Assembly (NCBI GenBank): GCA_965248265.1 | Contig: CBDFJF010000002.1 | Span: 3,488,001-3,552,000, forward strand | Direction: 5' to 3' | DNA from: Candidatus Latescibacterota bacterium | Lineage (GTDB): Bacteria > Latescibacterota > UBA2968 > UBA8231 | Length of the DNA: 64,000 nt | Shown: positions 28,430-39,459 of the stretch, piece by piece | How positions within the stretch are numbered: position 1 is the stretch's first letter | How the letters are laid out: every line of letters begins with the position of its first letter | Made by a program: the position numbers and the translations under genes | The notes under the pieces: generated by a model | Seen by the model: only the letters and a program-made list of their open reading frames with translations | Told to the model about the DNA's origin: nothing | Databases searched by the model: none

Positions 28430-29614
28430 GTGAACCTCCTCATCGTCACCATCGACAGTTTGCGATTTGACTACGTATCGCGGACGAACCCGCAGATCCA
28501 CACCCCCGATTTCGATCGTGTCGCCGAGGGAATTCTCCACTTCATCCCCACCTGTTTTTCGGTGTCATCGGCAACACGCCCCGTACATACCAGCCTGTTT
28601 TCCGGGTTGTACCCATTCGAACACGGCATCGAGAGCCAGCGCGATGGAACGATCCGCACGGGCACTCCTCGCCTGCTGCGTCTGATGGAACAGCAGTATG
28701 CTACGGTTGCCTTCTCCGAGGCCCCTGAGATCTTCGCCGGCTTGGATCTGGGCCTGCCGGTACAGAGGCTGGACACTGTTCCTGAGCGCGGCCTAGGCCA
28801 GCTGTTCGAGTGGCTGAATGATCGCCGCGGGCACTCCTGCAGTCTGTTCGTCCACTACTGGAGCACCCATGCTCCCTACGGCGCGGCCGACGGTTTGGCT
28901 ATGGGCGAAACCGCACAACTCCTCCACCGCGGCGAGTTGGAGACGGTTCAGCAACGATACCGGGCGGCGATTGTTGAGCTGTTCGAGAAAAAACTCGCCC
29001 CGCTGCTGCGACGATTGGCCCCGGCCGAATGGATGATGGTGATATTGGGGGATCACGGGGAGGCTTGGACAGCGGACGAACTCTACCACGGCCAGAGCCT
29101 GCGCAACGCGGTTCTGAGGGTGCCCTTGTTCATGCACGTGCCCGGTACTGCGCTGATTCCTTCTCCGCCGATCGTTTCGGTCGTCGACTTCTTTCCCACA
29201 CTAGCCAACCTGTTTGGTCTGCCCGTAGACTATCGCGGTTTCGCTAATGATTTGAACGCGGCCGTTGCGCGGGAACACTACTGCCTCGCCGAAATCAAAC
29301 CACTCGATCCGGGTGCCGCGGACGAAGAAGCGCCATCCCACATGGAAGCGGGTTGGTCGCCCCCGCAACGCCGGATATGGGCTCTGTTCGATGAGAAGCG
29401 GAAGTTCACGTTCCAGGAGCACTCGGAATCAGGGGTGTTGCAGGAGACCTTTTCCGAACTGCCGCTCAGTGACAATGCCTCGACGAACTTCACAGTCGCC
29501 TACCAGGAGATGCGGGCCAGCTCTGAGTATGCCCATCGCCCTTTCGAGGCCGCCGCATCCGGGGCCAGATCGCTGATCGACGATCGTCTCAGAGCCCTGG
29601 GTTATCTGTCCTGA
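28430..29614 (+). CDS. Sulfatase/alkaline-phosphatase superfamily hydrolase (Thr nucleophile)
   Basis: TIDSLR, TRPVHTSLFSGLYP, THAPY, GDHGE and C-terminal RLRALGY. Confidence 0.88.
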   Translation: MNLLIVTIDSLRFDYVSRTNPQIHTPDFDRVAEGILHFIPTCFSVSSATRPVHTSLFSGLYPFEHGIESQRDGTIRTGTPRLLRLMEQQYATVAFSEAPEIFAGLDLGLPVQRLDTVPERGLGQLFEWLNDRRGHSCSLFVHYWSTHAPYGAADGLAMGETAQLLHRGELETVQQRYRAAIVELFEKKLAPLLRRLAPAEWMMVILGDHGEAWTADELYHGQSLRNAVLRVPLFMHVPGTALIPSPPIVSVVDFFPTLANLFGLPVDYRGFANDLNAAVAREHYCLAEIKPLDPGAADEEAPSHMEAGWSPPQRRIWALFDEKRKFTFQEHSESGVLQETFSELPLSDNASTNFTVAYQEMRASSEYAHRPFEAAASGARSLIDDRLRALGYLS

Positions 29615-29641
29615 GCGGTCGGGTCGTCACACAAGCGCTTA

Positions 29642-30046
29642 TCACGAATTTGCGTTGTGGCGAAACAGGGAGGATTTGTATTTCTCAGGATGATGGGGTT
29701 CGAGGATAACGATGTCGCAGTCGGGAAAGGCTTCGCGCAAACCGGGTGGAGATTTCTGATCGTAGCCCAGGGCGATCATGTCGGGGGCTATCTCTTCAAC
29801 GACTCGAAGCAGATTCTTCCCCGGATAGCCCAGGCGAACGTCGGTGACATAGGGCAGGTCACTCACGGCGGACATTCGTTGTTCTTCATTATGGTCCGGG
29901 CGTCTCCCTTTCAAGCGCTCTACGTTTTCATCTCGCGCAACGACCACGTAGAGTTCGGCGCCCAGCGCTGCCGCCTGCTGCAGGAAGGACTCATGTCCGG
30001 GGTGGAAGTGGTCGAAGGTACCACAAGAGAGAACGCGTTTACACAT
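29642..30046 (-). CDS. Cytidylyltransferase-family nucleotidyltransferase (RibL-type FAD synthase-like)
   Basis: GTFDHFHPGH, VVARD, LGYDQ and KSS. Confidence 0.85.
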   Translation of the reverse strand: MCKRVLSCGTFDHFHPGHESFLQQAAALGAELYVVVARDENVERLKGRRPDHNEEQRMSAVSDLPYVTDVRLGYPGKNLLRVVEEIAPDMIALGYDQKSPPGLREAFPDCDIVILEPHHPEKYKSSLFRHNANS

Positions 30047-30057
30047 CACCACCCCCG

Positions 30058-30600
30058 TCACGGCGCCTCGTTGGATCGGCGATCGACCCAGTAGTCGGAC
30101 CCTGTGTCTTCCTTGAAGATCTCGCCAAATCGTTCAGCATCTTCCCTCACCGTGAAGTAACCGATCCGAACGCGCACTCTGCTTTCCCCGCGAATCCCCA
30201 GTGCGTACGCCGGATAGCCGAGCTTGCTCAGCTCCAGGACCCGTTCTCGCGCCGCTCCGGCGTCTTTGTAGATCCCTATCTGCACGGTGAAATCGCCCTC
30301 GCGATCGAAAACGACAGCGCCGGGAAGATGGATGCCCGCGGGCTCAACGTCATCGCGGTCGTCGTCCCCTGCGGCCTCGGTGGAAGCTCCCTCGGAGACC
30401 GCTGATTCGTCGACGATGACGAGTTCGTAACCACCCGTGTCGTCAGCTGTATCACGCTGGTCGTTTGCGGGTGGACCCTCCTCTTCTGAGGTGCATGCCT
30501 GTGTCATCCACACGCAGGCGACCAGGAGGATGGCCGACGGTCTCTTTCTGAGGCCACGCGGGCCGCAGGCAAGCTGGCTGAAGCAGGGCTTCGTCGACAT
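30058..30600 (-). CDS. SPOR-domain lipoprotein
   Basis: Lipobox-like TQAC; C-terminal FTVQIG...RVRIGYF...A SPOR pattern. Start uncertain. Confidence 0.8.
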   Translation of the reverse strand: MSTKPCFSQLACGPRGLRKRPSAILLVACVWMTQACTSEEEGPPANDQRDTADDTGGYELVIVDESAVSEGASTEAAGDDDRDDVEPAGIHLPGAVVFDREGDFTVQIGIYKDAGAARERVLELSKLGYPAYALGIRGESRVRVRIGYFTVREDAERFGEIFKEDTGSDYWVDRRSNEAP

Positions 30601-30743
30601 AATCGGGGACAGGTGAGTTAGAGGTGCTTGCGTGTTTGGCATGCGCAAGCCGTTATTAGTTTCGAGTAAACGAACCAGTCCGGCAACAGGTGGCAGACAA
30701 CAGTGATCATCTTCAGTGATCATTATTCCAAATTGGGGACACG

Positions 30744-31166
30744 ATGGCCTACCTGTTAATGATCGACGACAACCCTCAGAATCAACGCTACATTGAGAGA
30801 ATCATCAGGCACCGCAGTTCGCACGAGATTGGCTTTGCCGCCACTTCGGTCGAGGCGGTGGAGAAACTCGTTGAACGCCGTCCGGACGTTATCATGCTGG
30901 ACTTGTTCATCCCCGGCGCGGACGGGCTGGAGTTTTTCCAGTCATTGCGCGAGCACCCGGCCACCGCCGACATCCCTATCATCATCCACACCGCAATTCC
31001 ACTTGATCAGCTGACGGAGATGCGCCTGAAACGCGTCACGAGGACGGTGCGGTACGAGGGGTTCATTCAGTTTCCGGTGGAGGCAAGCGAACTCAACCGC
31101 ATTATCGCTATCGCGCTCAAGCGCAACGCTTCCGGGGCTCGAAAATGGGTGCCGCCCAGTGTGTGA
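30744..31166 (+). CDS. Stand-alone receiver-domain (CheY-like) protein
   Basis: IDD, PDVIMLD, DG and HTA motifs; the conserved KP is replaced by FP. Confidence 0.88.
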   Translation: MAYLLMIDDNPQNQRYIERIIRHRSSHEIGFAATSVEAVEKLVERRPDVIMLDLFIPGADGLEFFQSLREHPATADIPIIIHTAIPLDQLTEMRLKRVTRTVRYEGFIQFPVEASELNRIIAIALKRNASGARKWVPPSV

Positions 31167-31227
31167 GCAGCATGTGTGGGTTGGTGGGGTGGTAGTGAGC
31201 TATAGACGAAGGCGTCAGGGGGCGAGT

Positions 31228-31770
31228 TTACTCTTCCTCTTCCTCACTCCCCTTGGGCTCCAGAAGGCGGGTAATGCGCACGGCCATGAGATCGGTTACC
31301 ACGACGATTTCGCCTTCAGCGAACTGGCGTTCGTTGATCAGAATATCGAATGCTTCTCCAGCCAGCTTGTCCAGGTCGACGACGTCCTGCTCCTTCAGGT
31401 TGGTCAACTCACGGACCGACATTTCCTTGCGACCCAGTTCCACTGTGATGTCCACGTAAACATTGTTGAGTCGACTGGGCTTGGACTTGGGTTTGCCCTG
31501 AGCCGGTATGTCGAGCTGGGCGAAGTGAACGGGCCTGGCTTCATCCTCTTCTTCTTCGTCAATCGAATGACCTCCGGCCTCCCACGCCTGCAGTGCCTCC
31601 TCTATCCCTGAGGGCGGCTCCATACCGGAGCCGTCGGGCTCCATACCGGTGCCGTCGGGCATTGAGGGCTCGCCCCCAAAATCATCGCCCTCATCTACGA
31701 TGCCGTCTTCGAACTGTTCGTCCAGTCCGGCCTCAGCTATCTGTTCTGTTCCTGTGCCGTCTTCTGCCAC
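31228..31770 (-). CDS. fliN: FliN/SpoA-domain protein with an acidic N-terminal extension
   Basis: PVHFAQL, VDITVELGR, LDKLAGE, AEGEIVVV and AVRIT. Confidence 0.85.
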   Translation of the reverse strand: MAEDGTGTEQIAEAGLDEQFEDGIVDEGDDFGGEPSMPDGTGMEPDGSGMEPPSGIEEALQAWEAGGHSIDEEEEDEARPVHFAQLDIPAQGKPKSKPSRLNNVYVDITVELGRKEMSVRELTNLKEQDVVDLDKLAGEAFDILINERQFAEGEIVVVTDLMAVRITRLLEPKGSEEEEE

Positions 31771-32133
31771 GAATTCAACCTGTCTTATCTGCTGTCGAGT
31801 CTTCGCTGCCGGTATGCGGAAATATTTTGCCGCCGCCTACCCTCTTTCAGCTGTGATTGCGGTGCCAGTACGATACCACAAAACCTCAATATAATCAACC
31901 TATTGCACACTCTTCCACTGCTCCCAACACGGTCAGAGTGCATCTGTTGGCATGATCTTTCGCAACATCCGTGCCTGAGCCCTTCCCTCCAGTCGGTCCT
32001 AGCTAGTTATCGGCCGACCTGGCATAACGCGTAGGCAGAAAGTGACCATGCCTTCCGGCTCCGCCTTCAATTGGGACAATCAATCGATTAATTCATTGTT
32101 AGAGAATAGGTTAGACAATAAGTTAGAACCAGG

Positions 32134-33420
32134 TCAATCCACAGGGATGACCGTCGATACCCCACAAAAGTCAGGCCGCAAAGCCGTCAGCAACGCATCT
32201 TCGGCATCCTCAACGGTGATCTCGGACAGAATCGGAAGGTAGGCGAATGGTTCGCACCCCTGCCGAACGGCAGCAACGACCATTTCGGCACAATCCTGAC
32301 CGTCCTCGAAACGAGTGACCAGACTGCCATACATCTTGCGAACGGCACGATCCCAGTTCTGTGTTATGAGCTCGTTCCTGGAGGCGAGTTCGATCTCGGT
32401 TCGCACGCGCTCTTCCAGGATCGTTGGCTCCTGGCAATCACCGCTCACCAGACAGAAACAGTAACCAGACTCAGCCTGTACTTCCCACGAAAAACTCTCC
32501 TCCTCGATCAGTCCATCGCAGTACTCAACTGTGTAAAATTCACTGGACGGGCCAAAGAGCATGTCCATCAATAACTCCAAGCTCAATTCTCTCTTCAGCA
32601 AAGCCTCGCCTGCAGGTGTGCTATTGTCGTGAAAAGCCAGGGCGATTCGTGGTTCTGAGATACTCATCACATGCTGCGATCTGCCCGGTCGCGGTACAGC
32701 TGGTGGGCGCAGGGTCTGGACCCCACACAACACCCCGTGTCCGTCGAGTTCGCTGACCATCGACCCGACTCGTTGCCATGTCGACTCTATCTCGAAATCG
32801 CCGAAGAGAAACAGCACTGCCCGCTCGGGGCGGTAAAAGGCCTCATGACACCTGGCCAACACCTGGTGATCGATCTGCTCGATACTCTCCAAGGTTCCGG
32901 CAATATCCGTGGCAATTGGATGATCGCCGTAGAGCGATTGCAAGCAAGTGAAGAAGGAAACCCAGTCCACATCATCCTGGTACAGCTCCAGTTCGCGCCT
33001 GATGATCGCGCGCTCGCGTGCGATGCCGTCTTCCGTGAAGGATGCTGGCTCAAACACAAGTTCAAACAGTAAACTGAGGGTCTGATCAAAGCCGTCGTTG
33101 CAGGATACCGAATAACCGGTTTCCGTCATCGTCGTATGGGCATCCACGGTCGCACCCAGGTCTGCGAAGCGGGTACTGATATCCCCATATCGCTTTTCGA
33201 AGATGCGATGCTCCAGGAAATGTGCTACCCCAGCCGGAGTCTCAAAACGATGAGCAGGGTCGGTTGCCAGGGCGAAGTTCCTGTCAATCGATCCATAGTC
33301 CAGGGTCAGCAGTGCGTGCCTGCGCCGGGCACTGGCACGCGGGTACAACACCAGGGTCATGCCCCCCACCGTGCCCCAATACGCCTGCTCCTCGAGCACC
33401 GGATGGAGCGCCTCCTTCAT
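32134..33420 (-). CDS. M16B zinc peptidase, catalytic subunit (YmfH-like)
   Basis: YGSID, PAGVAHFLEH, distal E, and DIAGT. Confidence 0.9.
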   Translation of the reverse strand: MKEALHPVLEEQAYWGTVGGMTLVLYPRASARRRHALLTLDYGSIDRNFALATDPAHRFETPAGVAHFLEHRIFEKRYGDISTRFADLGATVDAHTTMTETGYSVSCNDGFDQTLSLLFELVFEPASFTEDGIARERAIIRRELELYQDDVDWVSFFTCLQSLYGDHPIATDIAGTLESIEQIDHQVLARCHEAFYRPERAVLFLFGDFEIESTWQRVGSMVSELDGHGVLCGVQTLRPPAVPRPGRSQHVMSISEPRIALAFHDNSTPAGEALLKRELSLELLMDMLFGPSSEFYTVEYCDGLIEEESFSWEVQAESGYCFCLVSGDCQEPTILEERVRTEIELASRNELITQNWDRAVRKMYGSLVTRFEDGQDCAEMVVAAVRQGCEPFAYLPILSEITVEDAEDALLTALRPDFCGVSTVIPVD

Positions 33421-34769
33421 CGACCGTCCACCCCCTTTCTGCTACCAGAAAGAAAGTATACTGTGTCTGGGTACAGGCCTTTAGCCACCTCGCGCACGTC
33501 GTCGGCGGTCACCTCCTCTATTTGACGAGCAAGCGCCGCACGACGGATTTCTGCTTTCCCGATTCGGCGAGCGAAGTAGAAGCGCATCAACGCATCGCGG
33601 TCATCCGTCAGCGAATGCAGTCGTTGCGTAAGTTGCTTCTTTGCTCTGGCGAGTTCATCGCCACTGGGTCCGGATGAGCCGATTGCACGCCACTCATCCT
33701 CGATACGAGGACGAGCCTCCTCATAGTCGCCGGTATCGATGCCGGCTTCGATGAACATGAGGCGGCACAGCGGTTCCAGAAAAGAGCCGATGTAATAGCA
33801 CAGGCCTGCCTCCTCCCTTACCCTGCGGTGGAGCCGCGAGTGGCCGTCACTGCCCAACACATTGTTCAATACGACAAGCGCAGGAAAAGCAGCGTCTGCC
33901 AGGCCGGTCGAAGTGCGCAAACCGAACACCAGCCGCCCCTGTGACACCTCGTCCGTGTCGACGATTTCGCGAAGACGAGAAGGAAGATGCGGTTCCGCAT
34001 CAAAACCGGGTTCTGTGTCCACGTGAAGCCGCTTGGGAGATGACGCGAAGCGCCGCTCGAATTGAGTCACGGTTTCGGCATCGATCTGGTGCCGACTGCT
34101 GAAAAAGATGTCCAGGGGTCTCGACGTCAGCAGGTGTTGGTGACACTGCCATAAGCTCCGTCCATCTATGGAGTGCAGATCTCGCAGGTCGCCGAGTGCG
34201 AACAAGCCGTAGGGCTCTTGCCCGCACATCTCCTGTACGCAACGGCGCTGGGCGTAAGCGGACTTGTCATTCAAGAGGCTGCCAATCTGTCTGTCCAGGG
34301 CTCGCTTCTCCCGCTCCACCATGCCCGAAGGGAACTCCTCTTCGTTTTCTCGATAAGGGTCGAACAGAACGTCGCGCAGCAAGTCCAGCCCCGGACTGAG
34401 CAGATCCTCTCCGCGGTCGGGCAGGAAGGCGGAGTCCAGGACCTCGAGGCCCAGATGGATAGCTTGGACATCGCCGAACTGATCGATCTCACTGACGTAA
34501 GCCGCACCGAAGAGACCATCGGCAAACTGATTGATGGCGCGCATCGTAGGCAGGGAGTTGGTACCTCGCTCGAGGATGCGTGACAGCAGAGCCAGCTTCG
34601 TGTTCTGTACTGGTCGCAGTCTATCGTGAAGAAAAATGTCGACGCGCGACGCCATGAAATGGGGAGCATGGTGTGCGTGCAGGTACACATGATCCGCGAG
34701 TCGAATCGACTGGTAGTCAACTTCGGCGGTGCTATCGGTGCTGCTTTGCCCCTGATGCGATCCGTACAT
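33417..34769 (-). CDS. M16B peptidase, non-catalytic subunit (YmfF-like)
   Basis: M16 fold without HxxEH; SRL...VREEAGLCYY motif; 4-bp overlap with its partner. Confidence 0.88.
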   Translation of the reverse strand: MYGSHQGQSSTDSTAEVDYQSIRLADHVYLHAHHAPHFMASRVDIFLHDRLRPVQNTKLALLSRILERGTNSLPTMRAINQFADGLFGAAYVSEIDQFGDVQAIHLGLEVLDSAFLPDRGEDLLSPGLDLLRDVLFDPYRENEEEFPSGMVEREKRALDRQIGSLLNDKSAYAQRRCVQEMCGQEPYGLFALGDLRDLHSIDGRSLWQCHQHLLTSRPLDIFFSSRHQIDAETVTQFERRFASSPKRLHVDTEPGFDAEPHLPSRLREIVDTDEVSQGRLVFGLRTSTGLADAAFPALVVLNNVLGSDGHSRLHRRVREEAGLCYYIGSFLEPLCRLMFIEAGIDTGDYEEARPRIEDEWRAIGSSGPSGDELARAKKQLTQRLHSLTDDRDALMRFYFARRIGKAEIRRAALARQIEEVTADDVREVAKGLYPDTVYFLSGSRKGVDGR

Positions 34770-34789
34770 AGGTTCAGATAAAGAAAGAA

Positions 34790-35554
34790 GTGACAGCTCT
34801 GGACAACATCACAGTCGTACTCGTAGAGCCAGCAACACCAGCGAATGTCGGAGCGGTAGCCCGTGTGATGAAGAACACGGGGATCACCAGACTGGCGCTC
34901 GTGAACCCGGCCCAATGGGACACTCCGGAGGCGCGATGGACGGCCCATGCCTCCGGCGAAATCCTCGACCAATGCGTGCTCTACGACGATCTGAAATCAG
35001 CGGTCGCAGGGGCGCATTTCGTGCTGGGGACGACCCACCGACATGGGCGGTTCCGCAAGGTCACCCCAGACTATCGCACCGTCCTCGCCGAGGCGGCCGC
35101 GATAGCGCAATCCCACGAGGTGGCGCTCGTATTCGGGCGCGAGAAGGATGGCCTGTGGCGGCGGGAGCTGACATGTTGCCACCAACTCGTCACCGTGCCA
35201 TCGGCGGTCCCCTACCCTTCGTACAATCTTTCGCACGCGGTGTTGCTGATCGTCCATGAACTCTTTCTCGCCAGCTCACTGAAACACGGCACCATGGACT
35301 CGAACCTCCGTGAAGAATTGTCAGCGCCGCTCGCCAACGCAGCCGAAGTTGAATCCGTCCACGATCAGGTCGTCAATGCCATGCGTTTGATCGGGTTCCG
35401 GCCCTACAACGATGATCCGTCCAATTTCAGCCGCGTGCTGAAGCGTTTTCTGACCCGGACCCCATTGGAGCGCCGTGATGCTATGGTCATTCACCGGATC
35501 TGCGGACAGATTCGCAAGTTCGCCGCTCGCTCCACCGGTGACGATCACGCCTGA
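34790..35554 (+). CDS. trmJ: TrmJ/LasT-family SPOUT RNA methyltransferase
   Basis: NVGAVARVMKN, VFGREKDGL and SYNLSHAV. Confidence 0.88.
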   Translation: MTALDNITVVLVEPATPANVGAVARVMKNTGITRLALVNPAQWDTPEARWTAHASGEILDQCVLYDDLKSAVAGAHFVLGTTHRHGRFRKVTPDYRTVLAEAAAIAQSHEVALVFGREKDGLWRRELTCCHQLVTVPSAVPYPSYNLSHAVLLIVHELFLASSLKHGTMDSNLREELSAPLANAAEVESVHDQVVNAMRLIGFRPYNDDPSNFSRVLKRFLTRTPLERRDAMVIHRICGQIRKFAARSTGDDHA

Positions 35555-35566
35555 TCGAGCACTGAG

Positions 35567-36559
35567 TCAACCGCCCAGTGCCTGCATGTCGTGATCTACC
35601 ATGGCATGGACGAGCTCTTCAAAATCGACCTGAGGCTCCCAACCCAGCACCCGGCGAGCCTTGCTCGGATCTCCGCGCATGACCGCCTTTTCGGGGGACC
35701 GCTTCAGTGATTCATCGACGACAACATGCTCTCGCCAATCGAGATCGACGCGCTCAAAAGCCGTCCGGCAGAAATCGCGGATGCTGCGGTCGACTCCTGT
35801 GGCGATGACGAAGTCATAGGGCTCCTCTTGCTGCAACATTAGCCACATCGCGCGTACATAGTCTCCGGCGTAGCCCCAGTCTCGCCTCGCATCCAGGTCG
35901 CCCAAGTTGAGTTCGTGAGACAACCCCAGCTTGATGCGGGCGACGCCGTTGGTGATCTTGCGCGACACGAATTCCAAACCGCGGCGCGGTGACTCGTGGT
36001 TGAAGAGAATGCCTGCACAAGCGTAGAGTCCGTAGTGCTCGCGATAGGTGATGGTCATATCGTGGGCGTAGGCTTTGCACACGCCGTACGGAGTCCGAGG
36101 GTTGAGGGGAGTTTGCTCGTCCTGAGGAGATGTCGACACCCTACCGAACATGGTACTGGTGCTGGCCTGGTAGAATCTAATGCCATCGTCGATGCTGCGA
36201 ATCGCTTCAAGTAGCCTTGTCACTCCCAGCGCGGTGACCTCGCTGGTGAGCAGGGGCTGCTCCCACGATGCCGGCACGAATGACTGAGCAGCCAGATTAT
36301 ATATTTCGTGTGGCCGGGCGTCCTCGATGGCCGTTTGCAGTGAATTCTGATCCAGCAGGTCGGCGGAAAGCATCTGCAACTTCCCCTGCAGATGCTCGAT
36401 GCGCTCCAGATTCGCCGTGCTGGTACGTCGAACCAGGGCGTACACCTGATACCCCTTGGACACCAGGAATTCAGCCAGGTAGGATCCATCCTGGCCCGTG
36501 ACACCGGTAACGAGCGCTCTCCTTGTGCCGCCGTCCATGTTGGGGGTCTTCCGCTTCAA
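35567..36559 (-). CDS. gmd: GDP-mannose 4,6-dehydratase
   Basis: [32 protein letters not shown] and RDWG. Confidence 0.95.
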   Translation of the reverse strand: MKRKTPNMDGGTRRALVTGVTGQDGSYLAEFLVSKGYQVYALVRRTSTANLERIEHLQGKLQMLSADLLDQNSLQTAIEDARPHEIYNLAAQSFVPASWEQPLLTSEVTALGVTRLLEAIRSIDDGIRFYQASTSTMFGRVSTSPQDEQTPLNPRTPYGVCKAYAHDMTITYREHYGLYACAGILFNHESPRRGLEFVSRKITNGVARIKLGLSHELNLGDLDARRDWGYAGDYVRAMWLMLQQEEPYDFVIATGVDRSIRDFCRTAFERVDLDWREHVVVDESLKRSPEKAVMRGDPSKARRVLGWEPQVDFEELVHAMVDHDMQALGG

Positions 36560-39453
36560 GCGCCGGACTCAGGAGAATAGGAATCCATCGGCGGACAGGT
36601 GCACATCAAATTGCGGTCGCCGGCGGCGTTGTCCACCCGGGCCACGTGTGGCCAGAATTTGTGCTCGGACAGCCACGGCGCCGGCATCACGGCCTTCTCG
36701 CGAGAGTACGGGTGAGACCAATTCGCACTCAGCACCTCCGCCAGGCAGTGCGGAGCATTCTTGAGAACGTTGTCCTTTGGATCCGACTCCGCACGCTCTA
36801 TCTCCGCAATCTCGTTCCTGATCGCGATCATCACATCACAGAACCGATCCAGCTCCTTCTGTGACTCGCTCTCCGTGGGTTCCACCATCATCGTGCCGGC
36901 GACCGGAAAGTGGACGGTCGGGGCGTGAAAACCGTAGTCCATCAATCGCTTGGCGACATCGTCGACGTCCAGGCCCACATCCTTGAAGGCCCGCAAATCC
37001 AGAATCGCTTCGTGGGCGACAAGACCGTTCCTGCCTGTATAAAGGACCGGGAAGTGATCCTTCAAGCGATGCGCCACATAATTGGCGTTCAGCAAGGCCA
37101 CGGCCGTTGCCTTCTGTAATCCAGCGCCGCCCATTAACCGTATATAAGCCCAGGAGATCAACAGGATGAGAGCGCTGCCCCAAGGAGCGGAAGAGACGGG
37201 GCCCCCGGCGGAGTCTACTTCCTGGCAGGGGTGTCCGGGCAACCAATCGGCCAGGTGAGGGGCCACCGCGATAGGCCCCATTCCCGGTCCGCCCCCACCG
37301 TGCGGAATGCAAAAGGTCTTGTGCAGGTTGAGGTGGCACACATCGATGCCGATATCCCGAGGCCGGCACACGCCAACCAGGGCATTCATGTTGGCGCCAT
37401 CCATATAGACCTGTCCACCGTGATCGTGGACGATGGCACAAATGTTGGTGATCTCCTCCTCGAAGACACCGTGTGTGGACGGATAGGTCACCATCAACGC
37501 CGCAAGCTCTTCCCGGTGTGAGGCCGCCTTCGCCCGCAGGTCCTCGACATCGATATTACCGGCCTCATCGCATGACACGACCACGACCCGGAGACCCGCC
37601 ATGACCGCGCTGGCCGGGTTGGTCCCATGGGCCGAAGACGGCACCAGACAGACCTGGCGCCGGGCATCTCCCCTGGACTCGTGGTACCTGGTGATGGACA
37701 GCAGGCCGGAATACTCGCCCTGCGCTCCGGAGTTTGGCTGTAGCGACACGGCAGCCATACCAGTGATCTCCACGAGCATGTCAGTTAGCTCAGATACAAT
37801 CTGCTGGTAGCCCTCCATCTGTTCTATTGGTGCGAAGGGGTGGGTACCGCTGAACTCCGGCCACGTGATCGGCATCATCTCGGCGGTAGCATTCAGTTTC
37901 ATGGTGCATGATCCAAGCGGAATCATCGATGTCGTCAGCGATAGGTCGCGAGCATCCAGCCGCCGCATGTAGCGGAGGATCTCGGTTTCGGAGTGATAGC
38001 TGTTGAAGACGGCGTGTTCGAGATAACTCGTAGTCCGGTTCCAGGCGCTCGGCCAGACAGCACTGCCAGTCGAGGCAGCGCCGGCTTCGGGGATATCGAG
38101 GATCTGCAGGAGTTGCATGAGCTCGCCTGTATCCGTCGTTTCGTCCAGACTGATGGCAATGCGGTTCGTATTTCCCTCTAGGCGCCGCAGATTTACCTTG
38201 GCCGCAAGCGCTCGGCCAGCTATGGCGGCCAGCCCACCCTCGTCAGCTTCGATGCAAACCGTATCGAAGTATGCATCGTGTACAAGCTGGAGGGTGTTGC
38301 TCTGTGCCACACTACGTCCGATCACTGCCGCTTTCTGTGCCACTGCGGTCCCAATCTGACGCAGCCCCTGAGGGCCATGATAGACGGCGTACATGCTGGC
38401 GACGACGGCCGGCAACACCTCCGCGGTGCAGATGTTACTTGTTGCGCGTTCACGGCGAATGTGTTGCTCTCTGGTCTGCAGAGCCATGCGCAAGGCCCGC
38501 TTGCCCAGGGCGTCGCTGGAGACCCCGATGATGCGTCCGGGAACGTGGCGGGCGAATTCCGTTCGAGTGGCGAAGTAGGCTGCATGAGGTCCTCCGCAGC
38601 CAATCGGCATGCCGAAGCGCTGCGTGCTCCCGATAGCCACGTCCGCGCCGAACTCCCCTGGCGGCGTGAGCAGGGTCAGGGCCAACAGATCTGCAGCCAC
38701 GGCGACCGTCATGCTGGAAGCATGTGCCCGTTCGCAAAATGCGGAGTAGTCGCAGAGCTGGCCGTCGGTGGCAGGATATTGAAGAAGTGCACCGAAACAG
38801 GAATCGGCTTCTTCCCTCTCAAGGTTCTCGAAGTCGGAGACGATGATTTCCAGTCCGCGTGAGCGCGCTCTTGTACGCACCACTTGGATTGTCTGTGGGT
38901 GGCAGCTCTGGGAGACGAAGAAGCGCTCCCTTCTCGGTGATGACTTGCTCTTGGCCTGAATGGCGTACATCATGGCCATGGCCTCGGCAGCGGCCGTTGC
39001 TTCGTCCAGCAAAGAGGCGTTGGCGACCTCCATCCCGGTGAGATCGGCGACCATCGTCTGAAAATTGAGGAGCGCTTCGAGCCGTCCCTGCGCGATTTCC
39101 GCCTGGTAGGGTGTGTACTGAGTGTACCATGCCGGATTCTCGAGGATATTGCGCTGGATAACCGGAGGGGTGAAACACTCGGAATATCCCATGCCGATGT
39201 AAGAGCGAAATGGCTGATTCCGCGCCCCGATCTGACGCAATTCCCGAAGCAATTCGAACTCGCTCCTTCCACCCTGTAGTTTCAGTGGGCTGCCCGAGCG
39301 GATCGACTCGGGAACCGCCCTGTCGATGAGTTGTTCGAGTCCCTCCATGCCCAGGGATGTGAGCATGTCGTCGATTTCGGTTGCCCGGGGTCCAATATGC
39401 CGGTCTGCGAAGGAAAGCATGTTGGCAGGAGTGCGCTCGGTGGGGGGGGACAT
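36556..39453 (-). CDS. gcvP: Glycine dehydrogenase (P-protein), single-chain
   Basis: [35 protein letters not shown] and EPTESE. Confidence 0.98.
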   Translation of the reverse strand: MSPPTERTPANMLSFADRHIGPRATEIDDMLTSLGMEGLEQLIDRAVPESIRSGSPLKLQGGRSEFELLRELRQIGARNQPFRSYIGMGYSECFTPPVIQRNILENPAWYTQYTPYQAEIAQGRLEALLNFQTMVADLTGMEVANASLLDEATAAAEAMAMMYAIQAKSKSSPRRERFFVSQSCHPQTIQVVRTRARSRGLEIIVSDFENLEREEADSCFGALLQYPATDGQLCDYSAFCERAHASSMTVAVAADLLALTLLTPPGEFGADVAIGSTQRFGMPIGCGGPHAAYFATRTEFARHVPGRIIGVSSDALGKRALRMALQTREQHIRRERATSNICTAEVLPAVVASMYAVYHGPQGLRQIGTAVAQKAAVIGRSVAQSNTLQLVHDAYFDTVCIEADEGGLAAIAGRALAAKVNLRRLEGNTNRIAISLDETTDTGELMQLLQILDIPEAGAASTGSAVWPSAWNRTTSYLEHAVFNSYHSETEILRYMRRLDARDLSLTTSMIPLGSCTMKLNATAEMMPITWPEFSGTHPFAPIEQMEGYQQIVSELTDMLVEITGMAAVSLQPNSGAQGEYSGLLSITRYHESRGDARRQVCLVPSSAHGTNPASAVMAGLRVVVVSCDEAGNIDVEDLRAKAASHREELAALMVTYPSTHGVFEEEITNICAIVHDHGGQVYMDGANMNALVGVCRPRDIGIDVCHLNLHKTFCIPHGGGGPGMGPIAVAPHLADWLPGHPCQEVDSAGGPVSSAPWGSALILLISWAYIRLMGGAGLQKATAVALLNANYVAHRLKDHFPVLYTGRNGLVAHEAILDLRAFKDVGLDVDDVAKRLMDYGFHAPTVHFPVAGTMMVEPTESESQKELDRFCDVMIAIRNEIAEIERAESDPKDNVLKNAPHCLAEVLSANWSHPYSREKAVMPAPWLSEHKFWPHVARVDNAAGDRNLMCTCPPMDSYSPESGA

Positions 39454-39459
39454 TGCTGC

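Noticed and set aside
31947-31964. Sigma-54 promoter TGGCATGATCTTTCGC
   Set aside because: GG-GC spacing is off by one and there is no + strand gene downstream.
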